This document shows, in pieces, positions 9,407-17,951 of a DNA stretch of 24,000 bases. Below the pieces are notes generated by a model, which had not been told where the DNA came from, made no database searches, and saw only the letters and a program-made list of their open reading frames with translations. The position numbers and the translations under genes were made by a program. This stretch comes from Bacillus halotolerans (GTDB taxonomy: Bacteria > Bacillota > Bacilli > Bacillales > Bacillaceae): NCBI RefSeq assembly GCF_001517105.1, contig NZ_LPVF01000009.1, forward strand, positions 31,742-55,741. Reading direction: 5' to 3'. The first letter of the stretch is position 1; the number at the start of each line of letters is the position of its first letter.

Positions 9407-9418
9407 ATAAGGATCGTT

Positions 9419-10309
9419 TTAGTGGTCTCTTGCCGCAATTAAATCACAAAGCTCATACAAAAGGTCTTTTTGAAGGGAGAGCCCGTCGATCAAGCGCTTT
9501 GCTTCTTTTATGTGACCGTCCAATTTCTTTTTGGCCCCTTCCAGTGACAGAAGTGACGGATAAGTTGATTTGTCGTTCGTTGTATCCGAGCCGACACGTT
9601 TGCCGATTTTCTCTTCACTGCCTTCTAAATCTAAAATGTCGTCTCTGATTTGAAAACCGATTCCAATGTGGCTGCTGAAGACGCGCAATGTTTCAATTTC
9701 TTCCTCAGGCGCATCCGCCAAAATAGCGCCGGCGATGACGCCAAAACCGAGCAGTTTGGCTGTTTTCCGTTCATGAATGGATTCAAGTTCTTCAAGCGTG
9801 ACCTGACGGTTTTCTGCTTCCATATCGGCGATCTGCCCCCCGACCATGCCCTCGGTTCCCGCTGCTGAAATCAGTTCGTTCACAAGACGCAGCCGCTTTT
9901 CTGCGGATACTTCGTCTGACACATGGGACGTAATCAGCTTAAAGCTTTCCGTCAGCAGCCCGTCTCCCGCTAAAACAGCCGTGGCTTCACCAAATACTTT
10001 ATGGTTTGTCGGCTTTCCGCGGCGCAGATCATCATCATCCATGCAAGGCAGATCATCATGAATTAATGAATACGTGTGAATCATTTCAACAGCGCACCCG
10101 ACTGGGATACCGTCTTTTTCACTTTTTCCGTACGCGTTCAAAACCGCCAGCACGATGAGAGGCCGCAGCCGTTTCCCTCCGGCCTCAAGGGAATACAGCA
10201 TAGATTTTTTTAATGAATCCGGGATATTAAGGTTTTCTGTATATACAAAGAGCTGTTTTTCAACCGTTTTTTTACGCTCCGCCAGAAAGCTAGCTAATTT
10301 ATTTGTCAC
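9419..10309 (-). CDS. ispA: Farnesyl diphosphate synthase (polyprenyl synthetase family), 296 aa
   Basis: Both aspartate-rich motifs are present ([17 protein letters not shown] and [10 protein letters not shown]). I take the start as GTG at 10309-10307, preceded by AGGAGG (9-nt spacing), which overlaps the last xseB codons. The track's 303-aa version starts at an upstream GTG that contains the RBS. Confidence 0.92.
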   Translation of the reverse strand: MTNKLASFLAERKKTVEKQLFVYTENLNIPDSLKKSMLYSLEAGGKRLRPLIVLAVLNAYGKSEKDGIPVGCAVEMIHTYSLIHDDLPCMDDDDLRRGKPTNHKVFGEATAVLAGDGLLTESFKLITSHVSDEVSAEKRLRLVNELISAAGTEGMVGGQIADMEAENRQVTLEELESIHERKTAKLLGFGVIAGAILADAPEEEIETLRVFSSHIGIGFQIRDDILDLEGSEEKIGKRVGSDTTNDKSTYPSLLSLEGAKKKLDGHIKEAKRLIDGLSLQKDLLYELCDLIAARDH

Positions 10310-10553
10310 CTTCGTCTTCCTCCTGAACACTAAAAGGTGCCAGTTCGCCGTCTTCTTTTAAAATGAAGTCCATTTGCTTTTCTACTTTTTGAAGCTTTTC
10401 ATGGCACATTTTTGAAAGAGCCATTCCTTCTTGAAAGTAGTTAATTGCTTGCTCCAGAGGCACATCGCCTTCTTCAAGCTTTGATACAATGCTTTCTAAG
10501 CCTTTCATCGCTTCTTCAAACGTCATGCTTTCATTTTTTTTCATGTCTGTCAT
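10299..10553 (-). CDS. xseB: Exodeoxyribonuclease VII small subunit, 84 aa
   Basis: XseB-like sequence ([35 protein letters not shown]). The ATG overlaps the xseA stop (ATGA). Confidence 0.93.
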   Translation of the reverse strand: MTDMKKNESMTFEEAMKGLESIVSKLEEGDVPLEQAINYFQEGMALSKMCHEKLQKVEKQMDFILKEDGELAPFSVQEEDEGDK

Positions 10554-11896
10554 TTTTCTTCCCCTCTCTTATTTAATACTTCACAGGTCAGCACGCCATC
10601 CTTCAGCTTTACCTCAAGCTGGTCTTTCTCTTCTACCTGACTGACGCTTTTTATGAGTTCATCTTCCTTATAAGCCAAGCTGTATCCTCTTTCCATAATT
10701 TGAAGGGGACTTAGCGCGTTCAGCTTGCCCAGAACGGTTTGAAACTGAGAATGCAGCTGCTTCATTTGGATATTCATATTTTTTTTCAGCTGATTCGTCT
10801 GATCCTCATACCGTTTTCTCGCCTGTTTCAGCTGTTCATGGGGATGCAGCGCCTCTAATCTGTATGTTTCGCGCTCAAGCTGTCTGCTTTTCCGGTCCAA
10901 CAGCGCGGTAAGCTGAGCTTGAAACTGCTGGTATGCAAGGTCAAACTGCTGCTCTTTTTGCTCAAACAGCCGCTTAGGAAAGCGAAATGCATATGAGGAT
11001 TGAAGTGTTTGAACCCGTTCTTTTTTTTGGATGAGATGCTGCTGCATCGCTCTTGTCATTCTGACTTCCGCCGTTTTCGTCCGTTCCATTAAATCAGTGG
11101 TATGGGGCACTGCAATCTCAGCTGCTCCTGTAGGTGTCGCCGCTCTGATATCCGCAACAAAATCACTGATGGTAAAATCCGTCTCATGCCCGACTGCCGA
11201 TATGATCGGTATGTTGGAAGCAAAGATCGCACGCGCTACGATTTCTTCGTTAAACGCCCACAGTTCCTCAATCGATCCGCCGCCTCTTCCGACAATTAAT
11301 ACGTCGCACGCCTGTTTTTCATTCGCCTCTTCAATGCGCCTAACGATTGATCTGCTCGCATTTTCACCCTGAACGAGCGCTGGAAGAACAATGACTTTTA
11401 CAAGGGGATATCTTCTTTTTAGAGTTGTAATGACATCTCTGACAGCAGCACCTGTGGGTGATGTCACAACCCCGATTGTGGCTGGAAATGCGGGGATTTG
11501 TTTTTTGTAGCGTTCGTCAAATAAACCTTCTCCGGCTAGCTTCTTTTTTAATTCTTCATACGCTAAATAAAGCGCTCCGACCCCGTCAGGCTGCATTTCT
11601 TTTGCATATAATTGATAGTTTCCGCTCGGTTCGTATACGGAAATTCCGCCTCTCACCAGCACTTTCATACCGTTTTCAGGTTTAAAAGGAAGACGCTCGC
11701 TCTGTCTGGCGAACATGACCGACTGCATCCGGGCGTTTTCGTCTTTTAACGTGAAGTAAATATGGCCTCTCGTGTGTATCTTTACATTCGATAATTCGCC
11801 TTTAATCCAAATATTTTCAAGGTGAGGATCTACATCGAATTTTCGTTTTATATACTTTGTCAGCGCTGAGACAGTAACATACGCTGTTTCACCCAT
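10550..11896 (-). CDS. xseA: Exodeoxyribonuclease VII large subunit, 448 aa
   Basis: OB-fold N-terminus, catalytic core ([34 protein letters not shown]) and a coiled-coil C-terminus. RBS is GAGAGGAG. Confidence 0.95.
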   Translation of the reverse strand: MGETAYVTVSALTKYIKRKFDVDPHLENIWIKGELSNVKIHTRGHIYFTLKDENARMQSVMFARQSERLPFKPENGMKVLVRGGISVYEPSGNYQLYAKEMQPDGVGALYLAYEELKKKLAGEGLFDERYKKQIPAFPATIGVVTSPTGAAVRDVITTLKRRYPLVKVIVLPALVQGENASRSIVRRIEEANEKQACDVLIVGRGGGSIEELWAFNEEIVARAIFASNIPIISAVGHETDFTISDFVADIRAATPTGAAEIAVPHTTDLMERTKTAEVRMTRAMQQHLIQKKERVQTLQSSYAFRFPKRLFEQKEQQFDLAYQQFQAQLTALLDRKSRQLERETYRLEALHPHEQLKQARKRYEDQTNQLKKNMNIQMKQLHSQFQTVLGKLNALSPLQIMERGYSLAYKEDELIKSVSQVEEKDQLEVKLKDGVLTCEVLNKRGEEK

Positions 11897-11933
11897 GTCT
11901 CAAACTCCTCTCGTAAGCATTCCTGCACCATAA

Positions 11934-11977
11934 CTAAAGAAAACCCGCTCTGGCTTAAGGAGCCTGAAGAAGCGGGT
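11934..11977 (-). terminator. Terminator-like hairpin between folD and xseA (probable nusB-folD terminator, or an xseA leader attenuator)
   Basis: Outer stem acccgct / agcgggt (11943-11949 / 11971-11977) with an inner ggct/agcc pairing, followed on the - strand by uuuucuuu (11936-11943). It ends about 38 nt upstream of the xseA ATG. Confidence 0.55.
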
Positions 11978-12034
11978 ATCGTGCTCATTATACAGAGGCA
12001 GGGTTTTAGCCTGTCTCTGAATATCTCCAAAGAT

Positions 12035-12886
12035 CTATGATAACGTACGTTTCGCAGATTTAACAGTATTATGCGCAAGCATCGTGATGGTCATAGGACC
12101 GACTCCGCCCGGAACAGGTGTAATAAAGGATGCTTTTTCCTTCGCACCTTCAAACTCAACGTCTCCGCAAAGCTTTCCGCTTTCCAAACGGTTAACGCCG
12201 ACGTCAATAACGATGGCGCCTTCTTTCATCTGGTCAGCAGTGATGAAGTTGGCTTTACCGACCGCCACCACCAGGATGTCCGCTTTTTTCGTATGTTCAG
12301 ATATATCTTTTGTTCTTGAATGACAGTATGTCACTGTCGCGTTTTCATTTAATAAAAGCTGGCCGACAGGTTTACCGACAATATTGCTTCGGCCGACTAC
12401 AACAACCTCTTTACCGGAAAGGTCAATATTGGTTTTCTTCAAAAGCTCAACAATTCCGTGCGGCGTACAAGGAAGAAATGTATCTTCGCCTAGCAGCATT
12501 TTTCCTACATTTAACGGATGAAAACCGTCTACATCCTTATCAGGAGAAATACGTTCAATCACCGCTTTTTCAGAAATATGGTCTGGAAGCGGAAGCTGAA
12601 CGAGAATTCCGTGAAACTCAGGGTCTTCATTGTATTTGTCAATAATCGAAAGCAGTTCAGCTTCTGTGAGGCTGCTGTCGAATTGATCAAGCTTAAAATT
12701 CATGCCCATTGTTTCTGCTGCTTTTTTCTTTCCCCGCACGTAAGAATGAGAAGCTGGGTCATCTCCAATCAAAATAACCGCCAGGCCGGGAGTGACGCCT
12801 TGCTTTTTAAGCTCTTCTACTTCTTTTGCCAATTGTTCGCGTTTTTCTTTTGCCGTTTCTTTTCCGTCGATGATTGTTGCAGTCAT
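12035..12886 (-). CDS. folD: Bifunctional methylenetetrahydrofolate dehydrogenase/cyclohydrolase, 283 aa
   Basis: Recognisable FolD sequence ([16 protein letters not shown]..., [25 protein letters not shown]). RBS is TAGGAGGAAAG. Confidence 0.96.
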   Translation of the reverse strand: MTATIIDGKETAKEKREQLAKEVEELKKQGVTPGLAVILIGDDPASHSYVRGKKKAAETMGMNFKLDQFDSSLTEAELLSIIDKYNEDPEFHGILVQLPLPDHISEKAVIERISPDKDVDGFHPLNVGKMLLGEDTFLPCTPHGIVELLKKTNIDLSGKEVVVVGRSNIVGKPVGQLLLNENATVTYCHSRTKDISEHTKKADILVVAVGKANFITADQMKEGAIVIDVGVNRLESGKLCGDVEFEGAKEKASFITPVPGGVGPMTITMLAHNTVKSAKRTLS

Positions 12887-12897
12887 TTTCTTTCCTC

Positions 12898-13293
12898 CTA
12901 TGATTGTTCAATATCAGATTTAATGTTAGAAAGAACCCCGTTTACAAATTTTGTCGCTTTGTCATCACCAAACCGTTTCGCCAGCTCAATCGCTTCGTTC
13001 ATGGAGACATTTACCGGAATGTCTTCGGCATATGCCATTTCGTATGCTGCCAGACGCAAAATAGCACGGTCAACATTGGCAATCCGGTCAAGCTTCCAAT
13101 TCACCAGATGTTTCGAAATCATTTCATCCAGCTGAACCTGGTGTTCAAGTACACCGTATACAAGCTTTTCAAAGAAAGGATCTGTCTTTTCTTCATCTAA
13201 TGCGTGTTCAATGGCTTCATTCACTGCAATATCGCTGACATCAATTTGAAATAGTGCCTGCAAAGCTTTTTCTCTTGCTGTTCTTCTTTTCAT
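12898..13293 (-). CDS. nusB: Transcription antitermination factor NusB, 131 aa
   Basis: NusB family sequence ([17 protein letters not shown]..., [20 protein letters not shown]). RBS is AAAGGAGAAAG. It lies 11 nt upstream of folD. Confidence 0.95.
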   Translation of the reverse strand: MKRRTAREKALQALFQIDVSDIAVNEAIEHALDEEKTDPFFEKLVYGVLEHQVQLDEMISKHLVNWKLDRIANVDRAILRLAAYEMAYAEDIPVNVSMNEAIELAKRFGDDKATKFVNGVLSNIKSDIEQS

Positions 13294-13344
13294 TTTCTTT
13301 CTCCTTTGATCCTCTTTATCCGCTTGTCGTTAAGCCATAAAGAG

Positions 13345-13353
13345 ATCATAACA
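13345..13353 (-). promoter_or_regulatory. Candidate extended -10 promoter (TGtTATGAT) for nusB-folD
   Basis: - strand reads TGTTATGAT, 52 nt upstream of the nusB ATG, preceded by an A-rich tract. The -35 is poor. Confidence 0.4.
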
Positions 13354-13511
13354 TATTTTTTTCGTATCCGCATATTGAAATCAAGGTTTTTCGACCCTAT
13401 TACCGAATATTTTTACACACCTTCATATGATCATTCGGATTTCACGATCATGAAGAAACTCGGCTGCCTCGAGCCGGCTTTCTTCATGCTTTGAAATAAA
13501 GGGTAACGTGT

Positions 13512-13546
13512 AAAAAAACCAAAGGGCCGCCCTCCCCTTGGTTTTC
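13512..13546 (-). terminator. Intrinsic terminator after accB-accC-yqhY (possibly bidirectional)
   Basis: GC-rich stem aaccaaggg...ccctttggtt (13519-13542) with a one-base bulge. U7 follows on the - strand (A-run 13512-13518). A T-run also flanks it on the + strand (13542-13545). Confidence 0.8.
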
Positions 13547-13557
13547 TGTTAAGCCAT

Positions 13558-13965
13558 TTACATTTCTTCGTCGATTTCGACTTCCTGGGCTTTTGTGTCA
13601 AATTGAATGCCGACGATGTGAATATTGATCTCGTTAATTGAAAGAGACGTCATATTTAATAAGGTTTGACGAATGTTTTCCTGAACGGCCGCTGCGACTT
13701 TCGGAATGGAAACGCCGAATGCGACAACACAGTAGACATCGATCGTAATTCCGTCATCCGCCAAGTCGACTTTTACGCCTTTGCCGTGGTTTACTTTGCC
13801 GAAGCGCTCGACGACCCCTGTCGCAAAGTTCCCGCGCATTTCAGCAACGCCGTCAACTTCAGAAGCTGCGATACCCGCAATCACCTCAATGACTTCCGGC
13901 GCGATCTCAACCTTACCTAAATGCGTGTCTTCCTGATCCATTTTAAGCAAGCTGTTGTCTTTCAT
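13558..13965 (-). CDS. yqhY: Asp23/Gls24-family (alkaline shock protein-like) protein, 135 aa
   Basis: Asp23 family signature (GKVEIAPEVIEVIAGIAASEVDGVAEM... V.V.L..DG...D). RBS is GGAGGTG. Synteny downstream of accC. Confidence 0.9.
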   Translation of the reverse strand: MKDNSLLKMDQEDTHLGKVEIAPEVIEVIAGIAASEVDGVAEMRGNFATGVVERFGKVNHGKGVKVDLADDGITIDVYCVVAFGVSIPKVAAAVQENIRQTLLNMTSLSINEINIHIVGIQFDTKAQEVEIDEEM

Positions 13966-13985
13966 TCAATTCACCTCCGTAAAAA

Positions 13986-15338
13986 TTATGAGCCCATTAC
14001 ATCATATGTTTCTAAAAACTTCGTATTAAACTCTCCGCTGACAAATGTTTCGTGTTCAAGCAGTTTGATGTGGAACGGGATTGTTGTTTCTATGCCTTCG
14101 ATGACGAATTCGCTTAATGCGCGCTTCATGCGGGCAACCGCTTCATCTCTCGTTTTTCCGTATGTGATTACTTTCGCAATCATGCTGTCGTAGTACGGAG
14201 GGATGGTATAGCCCGGATACGCGGCTGAATCTACACGGACACCTAAACCGCCCGGCGGCAGATACATTTTGATTTCACCAGGTGACGGCATGAAATTTTT
14301 GCTAGGGTTTTCCGCATTAATTCGGCATTCGATGGCCCAGCCTTCAAATAGAACATCTTCTTGTTTGAGGGTGAGTTCCATTCCTGATGCGACTCTGATT
14401 TGTTCCTTAATCAGGTCTGTTCCTGTCACCATTTCTGTGACTGGATGCTCCACTTGAATTCTTGTGTTCATTTCCATGAAGTAGTAGCGCTGTTCTCTGT
14501 AGTCATAAATAAATTCAACTGTTCCCGCGCCTGTGTAGCCAACTGCTTTTGCAGCCTTAACCGCTGCTTCACCCATCTGCTCTCTGATTTCTGAATCAAG
14601 CGCAGGAGATGGTGATTCTTCCAAAAGCTTTTGAAGGCGTCTTTGAATCGAGCAGTCGCGTTCGCCCAAATGAATGGTATTTCCATAATTATCGGCAAGC
14701 ACTTGGATCTCAACATGACGAAAATCCTCTATGTATTTTTCGATGTAAACTCCAGGATTTCCAAATGCAGTTGCAGCTTCCTGCTGAGTAATCTTAATGC
14801 CGTTAATCAATTCCTCTTCGGTGCGCGCAACCCTGATTCCTTTTCCGCCTCCGCCTGCGGTGGCTTTTATAATTACAGGATACCCAATTTCATTAGCCAG
14901 CGAAACCGCTTCTTCCACATTTTCTATAATTCCTTGTGAACCTGGAACGATCGGCACGCCCGCCTGTTTCATCGTCTCCCGCGCAACGTCTTTTGTTCCC
15001 ATTTTTGAAATGGCCTCAGCGCTAGGTCCGACAAACGTGACATTCACTTCTTCACATAATTCCGCGAAGTCGGCGTTTTCAGCTAAAAATCCGTATCCCG
15101 GATGAATAGCGTCTGTGCCGGTAAGCTTGGCGACACTTACGATATTTGTAACGTTTAGATAGCTGTCTTTTGACGCTTTCGGTCCGATACAAAAAGCCTC
15201 ATCAGCCATTTGCACATGCAGGGCATCTTTATCAGCTTCTGAATAAACAGCGACAGTCTCAATGCCGAGCTCTTTGCAGGCTCTGATGATTCTGACAGCA
15301 ATTTCTCCTCTGTTGGCGATCAATAGCTTTTTTATCAT
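13986..15338 (-). CDS. accC: Acetyl-CoA carboxylase, biotin carboxylase subunit, 450 aa
   Basis: ATP-grasp biotin carboxylase ([20 protein letters not shown]..., [20 protein letters not shown]). RBS is AAGGAGA. Confidence 0.97.
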   Translation of the reverse strand: MIKKLLIANRGEIAVRIIRACKELGIETVAVYSEADKDALHVQMADEAFCIGPKASKDSYLNVTNIVSVAKLTGTDAIHPGYGFLAENADFAELCEEVNVTFVGPSAEAISKMGTKDVARETMKQAGVPIVPGSQGIIENVEEAVSLANEIGYPVIIKATAGGGGKGIRVARTEEELINGIKITQQEAATAFGNPGVYIEKYIEDFRHVEIQVLADNYGNTIHLGERDCSIQRRLQKLLEESPSPALDSEIREQMGEAAVKAAKAVGYTGAGTVEFIYDYREQRYYFMEMNTRIQVEHPVTEMVTGTDLIKEQIRVASGMELTLKQEDVLFEGWAIECRINAENPSKNFMPSPGEIKMYLPPGGLGVRVDSAAYPGYTIPPYYDSMIAKVITYGKTRDEAVARMKRALSEFVIEGIETTIPFHIKLLEHETFVSGEFNTKFLETYDVMGS

Positions 15339-15349
15339 GTTAAGTCTCC

Positions 15350-15832
15350 TTACTCTGCTTTTACAAGAAATAGAGGTTGTCCATACTCAACCAGCTGGCC
15401 GTTTTCAACTAATACTTCAACGATTTCGCCTTTTACTTCCGCTTCGATTTCGTTGAATAGCTTCATTGCTTCCACAATGCAGACAACTGTGTTTTCATTT
15501 ACTTTAGAGCCTGCAGTTACATAAGGACCGGCTTCCGGTGATGAAGAAGCATAAAATGTTCCCACCATCGGCGATTTGATTTGATGCAGGTTTTCATCTT
15601 GTTTCGGCGCCTCTTGTGCAGGTGCCGGCGCTGCTTGCTGCGCTTGCGGCTGTGCCGTTTGCGGAGCCGCTGCTTGTACAGGTGCTGCCGGTGCTTGCTG
15701 CATCACTTGCACTGTACCCGCTTCGTGTTTTTTCAGTTTTAGGGAAACACCTTCATTTTCATATACGAATTCATCAATTGAAGATTCGTCAATTGTTTTA
15801 ATCAGCTCATGGATTTCTTTAATATTTAACAT
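15350..15832 (-). CDS. accB: Acetyl-CoA carboxylase, biotin carboxyl carrier protein, 160 aa
   Basis: Ala/Pro/Gln-rich linker and a C-terminal biotinyl domain with the EAMKL biotinylation motif. RBS is TAGGAGTG. Confidence 0.96.
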   Translation of the reverse strand: MLNIKEIHELIKTIDESSIDEFVYENEGVSLKLKKHEAGTVQVMQQAPAAPVQAAAPQTAQPQAQQAAPAPAQEAPKQDENLHQIKSPMVGTFYASSSPEAGPYVTAGSKVNENTVVCIVEAMKLFNEIEAEVKGEIVEVLVENGQLVEYGQPLFLVKAE

Positions 15833-15898
15833 TCCATCGCACTCCTATGTATTGAAATTTCTTTTTATAGGTTACTACTAAAAGTACATACTATGTTT

Positions 15899-15927
15899 AT
15901 CTTACAGGAGCGGACTTTTGAATTCAA
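15899..15927 (-). promoter_or_regulatory. Candidate sigma-A promoter for accB-accC
   Basis: - strand reads TTGAAT (15927-15922), exactly 17 nt, then TAAGAT (15904-15899). It lies about 66 nt upstream of the accB ATG, just after the spoIIIA terminator. Confidence 0.6.
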
Positions 15928-15947
15928 CTCTAATATGATTGGCATGC

Positions 15948-15970
15948 AAAAAGCCCGCGTTTCGGCGGGC
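15948..15970 (-). terminator. Intrinsic terminator of the spoIIIA operon
   Basis: Stem gcccgc / gcgggc (15953-15958 / 15965-15970), followed on the - strand by U5 (15948-15952). It lies 13 nt after the spoIIIAH stop. Confidence 0.8.
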
Positions 15971-15983
15971 GGTTGTTCATTAA

Positions 15984-16634
15984 CTATTTGGAAGGCTCAA
16001 ATGTGACAGCAACGTCTTTCATCGTTTTAATTTCTTTGGCAACAAGGTCTATGATGGCTGTAGCTTTAGATTTGGAGTGTTTGTCAGACTTGACCGTGAT
16101 GTTGATTTTGTCTCCTTCCGCATTTACGAGGGCATCTTCATAGCCTTGTGTTTTAATCAGTGTTTCAAGCTGTTTTTCTGTTCCTTCCGCTTCACTGAGG
16201 GCTGTCATTTTATCATATGCTTCGCTCTTTTCCTTTGCTGTTGCATCGTCGCTGGATACGATCGCATTCAGTTCTTCCCTTTCCTTGCTTCTGGCGTCCT
16301 CTAAATCAAGGCGGTACGTTGTGAAGAGATCATCATCGGCGGTTTCGGTCACAACTGTTCCTTTTTCACTCGCTTCAGCGGAAGTTTCTTTGTCTGATGA
16401 AGAATCTTTCGTACCCTTTGTTCCGTCTTCTTTTTCTGTTTCAGCACCGTTTTTTTCCTTTGTGTCTTCCTTGGCAGGTGTTTTTTCAGTTGCTACCTCA
16501 CCGCTGTCAGACGGGCTTTTTTCACTTTGCATCTGCACCGCGTTTTTACTTTCCGGTGACATGATATAATAAACACTTAACACCACAACAAGACTGAGCA
16601 TTGTTAACAGCCAAACGGTTTGTTTTTTGAGCAT
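15984..16634 (-). CDS. spoIIIAH: Stage III sporulation protein AH (feeding-tube/channel component, binds SpoIIQ), 216 aa
   Basis: N-terminal TM anchor (MLKKQTVWLLTMLSLVVVLSVYYI), an acidic low-complexity linker and a C-terminal YscJ/FliF-like domain. It is the last gene of the spoIIIA cluster. Confidence 0.94.
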   Translation of the reverse strand: MLKKQTVWLLTMLSLVVVLSVYYIMSPESKNAVQMQSEKSPSDSGEVATEKTPAKEDTKEKNGAETEKEDGTKGTKDSSSDKETSAEASEKGTVVTETADDDLFTTYRLDLEDARSKEREELNAIVSSDDATAKEKSEAYDKMTALSEAEGTEKQLETLIKTQGYEDALVNAEGDKINITVKSDKHSKSKATAIIDLVAKEIKTMKDVAVTFEPSK

Positions 16635-17324
16635 TTATGAATCCTCCTTTATTTTTTTAGGGGCAACCGCAACCCGGTGGCTTGGAACATCCAGGACCCG
16701 TGTCACCGCTTCAATAATGGTTTGTTTTATTTGAACGTTGTCCACTCCTTGAGCAACAACGAGTACACCGCGTATGTCAGGTTTTTTCGTTTGAACCACA
16801 ACAGGGGTTTCTTTATCCCCATTCCTGATCATGACGATTTCTTCCTCTGATGTTTGATCCGTCACACTTCTAGTTCCGCCTTCTTTGTCTGTTTCTTCAG
16901 TTGTTGTATTTTTGCTTGATTTGTTTTTTTCATAAACCTTCAGTGACGTTGCGTCTACATTGACCACAACCGAGACATCCTCCACGCCGATAATGGTTTC
17001 AAGAATTTCTTTCAGCTGGTTTTCATATTCTTTTTCATAATCGCCAATAGAGTTTTTAGGATCATCAGATTTAGAGGCTTTAAACACTTCAGCTGTTTTC
17101 TCTTTGCTGTCCGCCGAATCAGCTGATGCCGGTGCTGTTATCGTCTGGGCGTTTTCCGTTTTCTCCGTTGAAGAAAAGAGCTGGCTGACAAGCATAAAGG
17201 AGACGCCGAGAACAAAAACGAACAGAAAGTAATGATATTTGGTCAGCTTCGGTTTTTCGCCGTCCTTCGATTGCCCCGGAAGAAACTGCTTTTTCAATAC
17301 GTTCCATAATCCGTTTTTATTCAT
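16635..17324 (-). CDS. spoIIIAG: Stage III sporulation protein AG, 229 aa
   Basis: I take the start as ATG at 17324 (MNKNGLWNVLKK...), preceded by GGGGAGAGG. It overlaps the spoIIIAF stop by 8 nt (ATGAATAA). The track's 272-aa version extends into spoIIIAF coding sequence. TM anchor plus ring-building domain. Confidence 0.93.
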   Translation of the reverse strand: MNKNGLWNVLKKQFLPGQSKDGEKPKLTKYHYFLFVFVLGVSFMLVSQLFSSTEKTENAQTITAPASADSADSKEKTAEVFKASKSDDPKNSIGDYEKEYENQLKEILETIIGVEDVSVVVNVDATSLKVYEKNKSSKNTTTEETDKEGGTRSVTDQTSEEEIVMIRNGDKETPVVVQTKKPDIRGVLVVAQGVDNVQIKQTIIEAVTRVLDVPSHRVAVAPKKIKEDS

Positions 17325-17938
17325 TGCCGATCCTCTCCCCGCCTTCCATATGAACCGTAATTTTCTCACTGCCGATTTCCCAAATGTCCGCAAGCTTTGT
17401 CTCAATCTGTTTAGCTTCTTTTTGTTCCGCTTTTTCTTTCGTGACGTATGCATGATCCGTATTAATGTCGATCGGCGCGACCGTTTGGACCGTTTTTTCA
17501 GAAGACGGGGCCATATACACGCTGATTGTTTTGATATCCTCTTCTGAATCTACTTTTTCTCCTGCCGTGATCTTGATTTGGTCTACTTTATATTCGTCAT
17601 GACTGAACATCTCCTCCGCTTTCTTTTTTAGTTGGACAGCCATTTCTTCTAAAATATATGCGCGCTGGGAAGCTTGTATTTCTATTTTTTTTTGAATTGA
17701 TCTGATTTTTTATTTCGGCAGATTCCGATTGCCCGTTTTTTGTGAGGTATTCAAAGATGACTTCGGGGTCTGTTTTGAAAAGCTTAAAGATTGGAGTAAG
17801 CATGACGACGATCAGCAGCAGGCTGACTACCATTTTTGCGTACTTTTGCATGCTGGAGCTCGGCAGCAGCATATCAATGACGATTGCAAATAGGATAAAT
17901 AAGACGATGCTGGTAAGCCATTCAGTTAAAAAACTCAT
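17317..17938 (-). pseudogene. spoIIIAF: spoIIIAF interrupted by a +1 frameshift in a 9-nt homopolymer (two ORF fragments, 113 aa and 108 aa)
   Basis: ORF 17597-17938 has the SpoIIIAF N-terminus (84 native residues, two TM helices) and then 29 out-of-frame residues. ORF 17317-17643 is the C-terminal domain in another frame. Deleting one base from T9 at 17685-17693 gives one 206-codon ORF (...NSKKIEIQASQRAYILEEMAVQLKKK...). Confidence 0.85.
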
Positions 17939-17951
17939 CCGTCAGCCTCCT

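Noticed and set aside
12518-13135. 205-aa ORF on the + strand
   Set aside because: It lies entirely antisense to folD and nusB and runs across their junction. It has no RBS, and its composition is Phe/Cys/Ser/Arg-rich, which is typical of the mirror frame of a real gene. Both sense-strand genes are unmistakable.
15613-15701. Imperfect direct repeat of about 29 nt, 60 nt apart, inside accB (cttgtRcaggtgc...gcttgctgc)
   Set aside because: It encodes the QQAPAAPVQ / QQAAPAPAQ units of the Ala/Pro/Gln-rich flexible linker of BCCP. Low-complexity linkers of this kind are normal for AccB, so it is not an independent element.
17441-17470. Search for the reported internal sigma-E promoter upstream of spoIIIAG
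   Set aside because: The only match is a weak one: CATACGTC on the - strand about 125 nt upstream of the spoIIIAG ATG, with no convincing -35 (kmATAww) at the right spacing. This is not enough to call a feature from sequence alone.
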